31,851 bases of DNA from a virus. Its lineage: Duplodnaviria; Caudoviricetes. The position numbers were made by a program, and so were the translations under genes. The DNA lies in IMG/VR virus record IMGVR_UViG_3300024264_002693, positions 1 to 31,851 of that record, one strand, 5' to 3'. Every line of letters starts with the position of its first letter. Positions within the stretch are counted from its first letter, which is position 1. Shown here in pieces: positions 25,411 through 31,851 of this stretch. A model generated the notes under the pieces. It was not told the origin of the DNA. It saw only the letters and a program-made list of their open reading frames with translations, and did no database searches.

Positions 25411-27451
25411 ATATCTCACAAAATGGTGGACTGTCTGTATTACTATTGCAGCATTCAGTGCAATTCAGATTAGTAACCCAGATTTAATTCAGAGCGTTAA
25501 GTATTCTTATTATGATTATCTACAATCCAAACAAGAAACAATTCACTCAAGTGATATTATATTAGTCAACATTGACGAAAAAGCGATCGCGCAAGAAGGT
25601 CAATATCCATGGCCAAGAGATATACATGCTAAATATTTAGATGCAGCTCCTGCTGATGCACTCAATGTATTGAACATTATATTTTCCGAAAATGATAGAT
25701 TTGGCAAAGACAATGTTCTTTCTCAAGCAATGGCAAATAAAGCAGTTGTATTATCTTCTGCTCCTACTCAACAAACATCAGATGGAGTTGGCACCTTTGT
25801 AGGTGTTGCAACTTTTGGAGAACAAAATGATAATTGGCTTTACGAATTTCCAGGCTTACTCTATCCTATTGATAGTTTGTCTAATTGGGCTTTTGGGGTT
25901 GGGGCTACAGTTGCAATACCTGACCAACCAACAGGAGTTGTGCGAAGAGCCCCGTTGGTCGTCAAAGCAGCCGGGAATAGGTATCCATCTCTCGCGCTCG
26001 ACACTTTACGAGTGTATTCTGGAGAACCAAGCTACCAAATGAAAGTAGGTCCACAAGGAGTGGAATGGATTCGCATGGGTCGACAAGACCCAATTACAAC
26101 AAACTCTTTTGCAGAAGTACCAATATCTTTTTGGAATTCTTTTGACTCAATCAGTATAACAGAATTAAATGACTCCTATAGTGGTAAGATACTCTTGTAT
26201 GGAATAACAGCAGAAGGTTACTCTAATCCAGTTGCAACCCCAAAGGGTGCAGTGTATCCCCACGAAGTTCAAGCTCATCTAATCCAGACCGTCCTTTCAG
26301 GCGTTGAAATAAAGATTCCCGACTGGACTGCAATATTTGAGCTTTTCTTTCTTGTGATATGCTGTCTAGGAATCCTTGCAGCGGTCTATGTCTTGCCCAC
26401 ATCTCTTGCGGTGATAACGAGTCTTCTTCTCGTTGGTTCCGGAGCCGGATTGAGTTACTATTTTTGGACTTCCGCCTTAACCTTTGTTGATGCATCTTTA
26501 GTTTCATTAGCTTCCTTAGTTGTATTTGCTCAGTCAAGTTATAATAAGTATTATATCACATTCCAAGAGAAACGTCAAATAGAAAAGCAATTTGCAGGTT
26601 ATGCATCGCCCACAGTTGTTCGCCTCTTACAAGAGAATCCTTCTCTAATAAAAGATGGCATGAAGCGTGAGATTAGTATTTGTTTTTCTGATTTACGAGG
26701 TTTCACTCCACTAGGAGAAAGCTTTGGTGATGATGTCAAGGGACTGACAAAATTAATGAACGAATATATGGATGCGATCACCGAGCCTGTTCTCCATGCA
26801 GATGGTATGATTATAAAATATATAGGGGATGCGTCAATGCACATTCACAATGCTCCTATAGAAGATAAAGAACATCCTAAAAATGCAGTACAAACTGGAC
26901 TGAATATGCTTCGAGCAGTGGATAAATTTAATGAACAGATTACAGCAGAAGGTAGACCACCAATTGGTATGGGTGCTGGGATTAACACTGGTCTTGGTTA
27001 TCTTGGTGAGATGGGGTCTACAGCAAGACATAGTTATGATGTACTTGGTGACAGCGTTTCAACAGCTGCACGAATTGAGTCTAAATGTAAAGAATATGGT
27101 TGTTTATTATTAGTTGGTGGAGATACAGTAAAACACTGTAAAAAGGATTTCTTTTTCCTCAAGGTAGATGATTTAGCAGTAAAAGGTAAAACTGTAGGAA
27201 TTGAAATATATACTGTGCTTGACTTGAATAAAGATAAATATATTAAACCGGCAGAGATGCACGAAGCAATGCATTCAAATTATCAAAAACAAAACTTTGA
27301 TAAGGCGATCAAAATATGTAATGACCTTATGGATTGCTTTGAAGGACAGATGAAAGGTTATTACAACATGTGGATTGAGCGTTGTGAGTATATGAAAACG
27401 CAAGATTTACCTAAGGATTGGAATGGGGTATTTATCGCGACTACTAAGTAG
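25403..27451 (+). CDS. Membrane-bound CHASE2-domain class III adenylate/guanylate cyclase
   Basis: N-terminal TM, CHASE2 motifs (ILVNIDE.....GQYPWPR..HA, D..GVVRR.PL, YPSLAL, TP......E.QA), three TM helices, cyclase motifs FSDLRGFT, KYIGDA, GINTG, YDVLGDSV..AAR.E, VKGK. Likely GTG start at 25403. Confidence 0.93.
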   Translation: MLKYLTKWWTVCITIAAFSAIQISNPDLIQSVKYSYYDYLQSKQETIHSSDIILVNIDEKAIAQEGQYPWPRDIHAKYLDAAPADALNVLNIIFSENDRFGKDNVLSQAMANKAVVLSSAPTQQTSDGVGTFVGVATFGEQNDNWLYEFPGLLYPIDSLSNWAFGVGATVAIPDQPTGVVRRAPLVVKAAGNRYPSLALDTLRVYSGEPSYQMKVGPQGVEWIRMGRQDPITTNSFAEVPISFWNSFDSISITELNDSYSGKILLYGITAEGYSNPVATPKGAVYPHEVQAHLIQTVLSGVEIKIPDWTAIFELFFLVICCLGILAAVYVLPTSLAVITSLLLVGSGAGLSYYFWTSALTFVDASLVSLASLVVFAQSSYNKYYITFQEKRQIEKQFAGYASPTVVRLLQENPSLIKDGMKREISICFSDLRGFTPLGESFGDDVKGLTKLMNEYMDAITEPVLHADGMIIKYIGDASMHIHNAPIEDKEHPKNAVQTGLNMLRAVDKFNEQITAEGRPPIGMGAGINTGLGYLGEMGSTARHSYDVLGDSVSTAARIESKCKEYGCLLLVGGDTVKHCKKDFFFLKVDDLAVKGKTVGIEIYTVLDLNKDKYIKPAEMHEAMHSNYQKQNFDKAIKICNDLMDCFEGQMKGYYNMWIERCEYMKTQDLPKDWNGVFIATTK

Positions 27452-28004
27452 TTTACTAATTTGCTTTCTTGCAAATCCGACCCATGCAAAGACCCATGCA
27501 AATTACGAACCAGTCATTTATTACCATACAGATGCACAAATAGCATTGTTTATGAAGGGCTATCATTCTCCTTATAAACCAGAGTATGTTCGTAAAGTAG
27601 TTGGTAAAGTTCGTATAGGAAAAAATGGTGCTCTAATTAATTTACCAGACCCGGCTGTTGCTTATCCAAAACTTAATTTAGATTTTGATTTTGAAGAAGA
27701 CGATTGGAACTATCAAGCAAACTTTTTAATCGTACATGCACTTGATTTATATTCAACATATAAAGGATTAAAGTATGATTGTATTTCAGAAGCAAATCCG
27801 TTAGTTGGTAAACATCCATCTCTAGGTGAACTAATATTCTTTAAAGTTGGTATTATTACTTTATTGGAAGGAATATATGGTGATTATCCAACGGAGTGGG
27901 AAGCGTTTCAAACAGTTTCAGCTATGACTACAGGAGTTGTAGTACAAAATAATTTCGATGTAATAAGCGATGCGAGAGATAATCCTCGTTGTAAGAAAAG
28001 ATAA
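27423..28004 (+). CDS. Exported/membrane hypothetical protein with D..ST....EANPL motif
   Basis: Signal-like N-terminus (..ANPTHA); LDLYST..GL....EANPL segment. Confidence 0.65.
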   Translation: MGYLSRLLSSLLICFLANPTHAKTHANYEPVIYYHTDAQIALFMKGYHSPYKPEYVRKVVGKVRIGKNGALINLPDPAVAYPKLNLDFDFEEDDWNYQANFLIVHALDLYSTYKGLKYDCISEANPLVGKHPSLGELIFFKVGIITLLEGIYGDYPTEWEAFQTVSAMTTGVVVQNNFDVISDARDNPRCKKR

Positions 28005-28005
28005 A

Positions 28006-28332
28006 ATGGTGGAGTTAACAGATGCAGCAATATCTAAAGCGATTGAAAAAACAACAAGCCCGTGCCCAAATAATATCAGACTTGGTGTTTCTAGCGGTGG
28101 GTGTGCTGGGTATGAGTATATTATTACTTATTCTCACGAAATAAACAATGACGATAATGTTTTAGATTATGGTAAATTTAAAATAGTCATAAACGAAATG
28201 TCTAAGCCTTATTTAGAAGGGTCTACGATAGATTGGGTAAAAGAAGGATTAAATGAATATTTTAAAATCATTAATCCAAAAGAAGTTGCATCATGTGGAT
28301 GTGGCATATCAATTCAATTTGAGGAAAATTAA
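28006..28332 (+). CDS. A-type Fe-S cluster carrier (IscA/SufA/HesB family)
   Basis: LTDAA, IRLGV..GGCAGYEY, YL.GSTIDW, F..INP...SCGCG.S motifs; start reassigned to ATG 28006. Confidence 0.92.
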   Translation: MVELTDAAISKAIEKTTSPCPNNIRLGVSSGGCAGYEYIITYSHEINNDDNVLDYGKFKIVINEMSKPYLEGSTIDWVKEGLNEYFKIINPKEVASCGCGISIQFEEN

Positions 28333-28334
28333 AA

Positions 28335-28496
28335 ATGGAATTTATATTATTAGGAATTGTAATTTCAGTTAGTGTAGTAACTATAGCAAGTTTATTATTC
28401 ATAAGAGAAGGTAGTAAAGGAATTACTAAACCTTATAAAACAAAAGATGGTACTTCTCGTACCGCTAAAGCAGCAAGAGTAGATTACATCGTATAA
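28335..28496 (+). CDS. 53-aa membrane-anchored basic peptide (not in ORF track)
   Basis: MEFILLGIVISVSVVTIASLLFIREGSKG...RVDYIV; GAGG upstream; ends at the terminator hairpin. Confidence 0.65.
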   Translation: MEFILLGIVISVSVVTIASLLFIREGSKGITKPYKTKDGTSRTAKAARVDYIV

Positions 28497-28526
28497 GAAA
28501 AAAGGCTCTTGTTTAGAGAGCCTTTC
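28497..28526. terminator. Terminator hairpin between convergent operons
   Basis: AAAGGCTCT-TGTTTAG-AGAGCCTTT; the longer U-tract is on the minus strand. Confidence 0.75.
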
Positions 28527-28544
28527 AGTTGGTCTTTGTTTAAC

Positions 28545-28655
28545 TTAAACGATGGTTGACACGCTGTATACCATTACACTTAAAAAAGTAGTAACTAATA
28601 AACACTCGATACAAATCTCACCATTCAAACTAAAAACGCTTTTAAGCAATTTCAT
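28545..28655 (-). CDS. 36-aa hydrophobic peptide
   Basis: MKLLKSVFSLNGEICIECLLVTTFLSVMVYSVSTIV from ATG 28655 with AAGGA RBS (shorter than the track ORF). Confidence 0.6.
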   Translation of the reverse strand: MKLLKSVFSLNGEICIECLLVTTFLSVMVYSVSTIV

Positions 28656-28674
28656 TTGATTTTCCTTTTGGCTA

Positions 28675-28797
28675 CTATTGAGATATTTTGTTTCGAGCTT
28701 CGAGCCAGAGTGCGTATTGTAAATCATACATTGGATTATGTTTGAGATGCAAATACGCTATTCCCGCACTACTAACTAATATTAAAAATTCAAACAT
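28675..28797 (-). CDS. 40-aa peptide with hydrophobic N-terminus (not in ORF track)
   Basis: MFEFLILVSSAGIAYLHLKHNPMYDLQYALWLEARNKISQ; start overlaps the upstream stop. Confidence 0.5.
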   Translation of the reverse strand: MFEFLILVSSAGIAYLHLKHNPMYDLQYALWLEARNKISQ

Positions 28798-28894
28798 CTT
28801 TAATATGTCCGCCAGGGTGCAACGGTTTCACCCAATATTTAAAGAAAGTTCTTGTCCACCCTCGGGTGAAAAATCTCTTTAACTCTTTAAACAT
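28790..28894 (-). CDS. 34-aa basic/aromatic peptide (not in ORF track)
   Basis: MFKELKRFFTRGWTRTFFKYWVKPLHPGGHIKDV with AGGAG RBS. Confidence 0.55.
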   Translation of the reverse strand: MFKELKRFFTRGWTRTFFKYWVKPLHPGGHIKDV

Positions 28895-28976
28895 TTGGAT
28901 TGACTCCTAGTAATGAAACACAAAATAAAGAAAATAGAGCTACTAATTCTAAATTATCTTTAAATCTTTCTTTCAT
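28887..28976 (-). CDS. 29-aa hydrophobic peptide (not in ORF track)
   Basis: MKERFKDNLELVALFSLFCVSLLGVNPNV; TAATG coupling to the EF-hand gene. Confidence 0.5.
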   Translation of the reverse strand: MKERFKDNLELVALFSLFCVSLLGVNPNV

Positions 28977-29227
28977 TATTTTACTTTAGGACATTTACTT
29001 TTTATGATATACGATGTTGCCTCTCGGATTTCTCGTTTATCTAAAAAGGAGTCTCTGTTTTTATCAGCATGCTTATAAAGACTTAACTTTACTTTGCATC
29101 CTGATGCTTCTAGCTCATTCACGCTAATTAGATTGTCACCATTTATATCAAATCGTTCCATTCTCCAGTCGGCGTAGGCTGGTGTTGCTATTAAGCAAGC
29201 AACAATTGCTGTTGTAACTTTGGTCAT
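28976..29227 (-). CDS. Small secreted protein with two EF-hand-like loops
   Basis: Signal peptide (..TPAYA); loops DINGDNLISVNE and DKNRDSFLDKRE; two Cys in the mature part. Confidence 0.8.
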   Translation of the reverse strand: MTKVTTAIVACLIATPAYADWRMERFDINGDNLISVNELEASGCKVKLSLYKHADKNRDSFLDKREIREATSYIIKSKCPKVK

Positions 29228-29341
29228 TATTTATCTCTAAAGTATGACACAAAATATGTCATACAATACTATATATAACTGAAATTAATAATGCTTTATA
29301 ATTTTATAACATAAATGTAATATTTTACACAAATGTTACAA

Positions 29342-29515
29342 TTACTTTCCAGAAGCGGTAAACCACTTCTTAAATTCTTGGTAATCTTCCCAAGGAAGTG
29401 CTAATCGTCTGCCTTTACGAGTTTCTTCATTCATATGAAATCCCATATAAGCAAACCAAGCCATAATAAAAAGTAAGATACATCCACCAATTATTTGCAG
29501 AATTTCCATTAACAT
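29342..29515 (-). CDS. 57-aa membrane peptide (not in ORF track)
   Basis: MLMEILQIIGGCILLFIMAWFAYMGFHMNEE...SGK; TAATG coupling to the upstream ORF. Confidence 0.6.
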   Translation of the reverse strand: MLMEILQIIGGCILLFIMAWFAYMGFHMNEETRKGRRLALPWEDYQEFKKWFTASGK

Positions 29516-29640
29516 TAGTCTTCGTCCTGCTCAGCTAAAGTTTCTAATCTTTCTTTTAATAGACCAAGTAAATCAATGATTTCTTCGCCTATTGCTCTAT
29601 CTTCCGTTGTGTCGATTTCGACATCAAATCTAATTTTCAT
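29515..29640 (-). CDS. 41-aa acidic peptide (not in ORF track)
   Basis: MKIRFDVEIDTTEDRAIGEEIIDLLGLLKERLETLAEQDED with AAGGA RBS. Confidence 0.6.
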   Translation of the reverse strand: MKIRFDVEIDTTEDRAIGEEIIDLLGLLKERLETLAEQDED

Positions 29641-29755
29641 CTTTTTTGTCCTTTAACTCTTCGAGCTTTTTCTCAATCTCGTCAAGTCGGTTTAAAATTT
29701 TTTCCATTCCTTTTACTAAAGCATTATGAGTTTGTGCTTGAGTAGGATATCCCAT
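29630..29755 (-). CDS. 41-aa coiled-coil peptide (not in ORF track)
   Basis: MGYPTQAQTHNALVKGMEKILNRLDEIEKKLEELKDKKDEN; TAATG coupling. Confidence 0.6.
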   Translation of the reverse strand: MGYPTQAQTHNALVKGMEKILNRLDEIEKKLEELKDKKDEN

Positions 29756-30177
29756 TATGCTTCTTTGTTAGGATTCCACATAACTAAGTTCTTAGTCCTA
29801 AGTCTGTTCACAACAATCTTATATCTCGATTGCTCTTCTTTCCATTCTTTTAGCCACTTATGACCATCACGTTCTGCATCAATAAAGATTGCATTAGTAA
29901 ATGCCAAAGGTAACAATATAGCACAATGTATAATAATACTTGCAACTGTATTGTAGTTAAAGAATCCGAGATAGTTTGATGCTAAGAAGCCAAACCATAC
30001 GCTCCAAATAGTAAACAATACTAACATAAAGTAAGTCTGTAAACTTGGGTCTGGAATATATTTAAGTGGATTGTATTTCACATCCATTACTCGTCTCCAG
30101 CCATTCACAAGGCTAAAAAGAGTTCGCCTAAACAAAGGCGGCTTTTTTAAACTAGGTTCAATCATCTTTTTCTCCAT
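29755..30177 (-). CDS. Two-TM membrane protein of unknown function
   Basis: 140 aa, two hydrophobic helices after YNPLKYIPD; the true start may be the second ATG (MIEPS), which has GGAG upstream. Confidence 0.72.
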   Translation of the reverse strand: MEKKMIEPSLKKPPLFRRTLFSLVNGWRRVMDVKYNPLKYIPDPSLQTYFMLVLFTIWSVWFGFLASNYLGFFNYNTVASIIIHCAILLPLAFTNAIFIDAERDGHKWLKEWKEEQSRYKIVVNRLRTKNLVMWNPNKEA

Positions 30178-30259
30178 ATCTAATAAATTCTTTTAGAGTA
30201 TGCATTCCGTAAGTGGCCCATGTAATGACCACTATACTCCAAAAAAGAATTTCTATCAC
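30158..30259 (-). CDS. 33-aa membrane peptide, GTG start (not in ORF track)
   Basis: MIEILFWSIVVITWATYGMHTLKEFIRYGEKDD begins immediately after the upstream stop. Confidence 0.45.
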   Translation of the reverse strand: MIEILFWSIVVITWATYGMHTLKEFIRYGEKDD

Positions 30260-30646
30260 TTATGAGTTTCCGTTTCTAGAAAAATCTCTCATCTTCCACA
30301 TTGCATCAGATAGATATCTGTGAATGTAAACATCGACTGCTCCAGCATTAGCCATTCCACCAATCACATCTCCGTGATATGTATAGCCTCTTAGCTCACC
30401 AGTTCTGTGATGTCTTACTTTATTGATTGGCTTTCTGCCTTTCAAAGAAGTTCTGAATCTAATTGGCATAGAGTTAGAGTCTTTAGCATTATAGTACTTA
30501 AGCTCTTTATTCATTTGCTTAACCATGTTTTTGATAGATTCAATCTCCATCATATCTCCAGCACACTGTGTAGAGAATGTTCCCACGTAAGCATCAGTTC
30601 TTTGTTTTCCGTTTTTGTCAAATTTCATAATATAGTTTTCCTTCAA
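30260..30646 (-). CDS. Basic hypothetical protein
   Basis: 128-aa ORF, first gene after a sigma70 promoter; the true start is probably the internal ATG (MKFDK) after AAGGA. Confidence 0.72.
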   Translation of the reverse strand: MKENYIMKFDKNGKQRTDAYVGTFSTQCAGDMMEIESIKNMVKQMNKELKYYNAKDSNSMPIRFRTSLKGRKPINKVRHHRTGELRGYTYHGDVIGGMANAGAVDVYIHRYLSDAMWKMRDFSRNGNS

Positions 30647-30655
30647 GTTTAATTT

Positions 30656-30702
30656 AATATGAGTATATTATAATTGGTTTTGTTTCATTTGTCAACCCTT
30701 TT
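30656..30702. repeat. 47-bp exact direct repeat, copy 2
   Basis: Identical to 19154-19200. Confidence 0.92.
30667..30695 (-). promoter_or_regulatory. sigma70-type early promoter
   Basis: Minus strand TTGACA (30695-30690), 17-nt spacer, TATAAT (30672-30667). Confidence 0.88.
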
Positions 30703-30744
30703 GTTGAAAAAAAGTCAATTATTTTCACAAAACCAAAGGTAGCT

Positions 30745-31698
30745 TTACGCTACCTCCGCCATTTCAACAGCTAGGTCTAATGCATCTAGCTTTCGTCTTG
30801 CATTTCCGCCGAATAGGGCAGATGATGCACGAGAGTCTGCACTTCGTCCGAGCTCGTGGTCAGTTAAGTAAGTCACAGCATTATATGCATTCCACCAAGA
30901 ACCAGGTTTAAAGTTTGCTCCTGGTTGAGTTTCAACAATTTCTAATGCACGTTCACCTGTTCTGCTGAGAACTTTATCTTGCTGTGAAGATGTACCAAAG
31001 ACTTTACCAAGGAATCTAATATAAGCTTCGTCAGTATATCGCTTGGAACCAAGAAATTCTGCAGCTTCCTTGAATTGCTGAACACGAGTGTGTGAGATAC
31101 CAAGTAGCTCTTTAACGACTTCAGCATCAAACTCGTTTCTGTGAGATAGCCTTACAGCAGGTTGTCCTTTTTCTGTAAGTGCCATTGATAATGTGTTGTT
31201 ACATACGACTCTTGTCATTACGAACTTAACATCAATAGATTTTCCATAAACATGTGGGTTAGAGAAAAGCAGATAGCCTTTCACTTCATCTCCGCCGAAT
31301 ACTTCAAATCCATCTTTAACATCTGCAGCTGCAAATACCATTCTACCATCATTGATAGAACCTGCAGTGTCCATTACCATATCTCCTGCATTAACGAAGT
31401 CATTAAAGAACTCGAATGCTTGTTGGTTTTGGCATGGATTCCAATTGTCACCTACATTGGTAAGAATTTTTCCATCAGTTTCCCTAATGAGAGCTTGCTG
31501 ACCAGTTGGTAGCTTCTCGCCATTATGTTCTACGAAGGATGCTACCTTCTTTACAGTCCAATCTAAATTGGCTGCTTTCATCATTTCAATAGGTGACATG
31601 TCGTCAGTGACTGGAACTCCAAGTCCGTGCCAAGGCACTCCTTTGCTGAGTCTGTAAGCCATTTGTGCTTCACCGTTTATCATTTCTAAATTATGCAT
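30745..31698 (-). CDS. DUF932-type phage/plasmid protein
   Basis: PWHGLG, A.LDW.V, QN..AF.FF, TAGS...G..VF, RVVCNNTL, W.AYNAVT..DH motifs of this family; GAGG RBS. Confidence 0.82.
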   Translation of the reverse strand: MHNLEMINGEAQMAYRLSKGVPWHGLGVPVTDDMSPIEMMKAANLDWTVKKVASFVEHNGEKLPTGQQALIRETDGKILTNVGDNWNPCQNQQAFEFFNDFVNAGDMVMDTAGSINDGRMVFAAADVKDGFEVFGGDEVKGYLLFSNPHVYGKSIDVKFVMTRVVCNNTLSMALTEKGQPAVRLSHRNEFDAEVVKELLGISHTRVQQFKEAAEFLGSKRYTDEAYIRFLGKVFGTSSQQDKVLSRTGERALEIVETQPGANFKPGSWWNAYNAVTYLTDHELGRSADSRASSALFGGNARRKLDALDLAVEMAEVA

Positions 31699-31745
31699 AA
31701 TATATTTTCCTCGTTTAAATGTAGTTTTTTGATTTTGTTGGGTAT

Positions 31746-31774
31746 ATTATAACATAACAAAATCGTTTTGTCAA
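31746..31774 (-). promoter_or_regulatory. sigma70-type early promoter
   Basis: Minus strand TTGACA (31774-31769), 17-nt spacer ending TGT, TATAAT (31751-31746), upstream A-tract. Confidence 0.88.
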
Positions 31775-31851
31775 CCTTTTTTGCATTTTTTTTCAATTTG
31801 TTTCAAATATTAGGGTTTTAAGTTTTTTTTCAGTTGGGATAAACCCAAGTG

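Noticed and set aside
24468-27113. Short overlapping ORFs within hemE and the cyclase gene (24468-24707, 25803-26042, 26223-26537, 26599-26844)
   Set aside because: Shadow frames without independent support.
19282-28496. Host chromosomal DNA or chimeric assembly as the source of the csg/hemE/cyclase block
   Set aside because: Similar AT-rich composition, a T4 late promoter, phage-style overlapping small genes and identical phage promoter repeats on both sides; read-level confirmation is still advisable.
29316-29329. TGTAA-TATT-TTACA as an NtcA box
   Set aside because: GTA and TAC are separated by 6 nt, not 8, and nothing else indicates a cyanobacterial host.
1-31851. CRISPR array or reverse transcriptase/diversity-generating element
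   Set aside because: No regularly spaced repeats and no RT motifs found by eye; the only long repeat is the two-copy promoter element.

Overview
AT-rich window from a T4-like (myovirus) bacteriophage genome; the gene content resembles marine T4-like phages, but the host cannot be read from this sequence. 1-15070 (+): the conserved T4-type virion module (neck gp13/gp14, gp15, terminase gp16/gp17, sheath gp18, tube gp19, portal gp20, probable core protein, protease gp21, scaffold gp22, major capsid gp23), interrupted by a TagD-like cytidylyltransferase that has its own perfect sigma70 promoter. 15171-19133 (-): small genes behind consensus sigma70 promoters, including tRNA-Glu(UUC) directly upstream of hemC. 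19237-28496 (+): a tightly packed operon behind a T4 late promoter (TATAAATA), encoding two paralogous small membrane proteins, CsgF, CsgG, two curlin-like secreted repeat proteins, a FecR-domain protein, HemE, a CHASE2 class III nucleotidyl cyclase and an IscA/HesB protein. 28545-31698 (-): a chain of tiny ORFs, a secreted EF-hand protein and a DUF932-type protein behind more sigma70 promoters. The best candidates for an under-described system are the curli pore + FecR + CHASE2 cyclase module (a possible phage-installed trans-envelope signalling device) and the split tetrapyrrole set (tRNA-Glu, hemC, hemE). All family assignments come from motifs recognised by eye; no searches were run.
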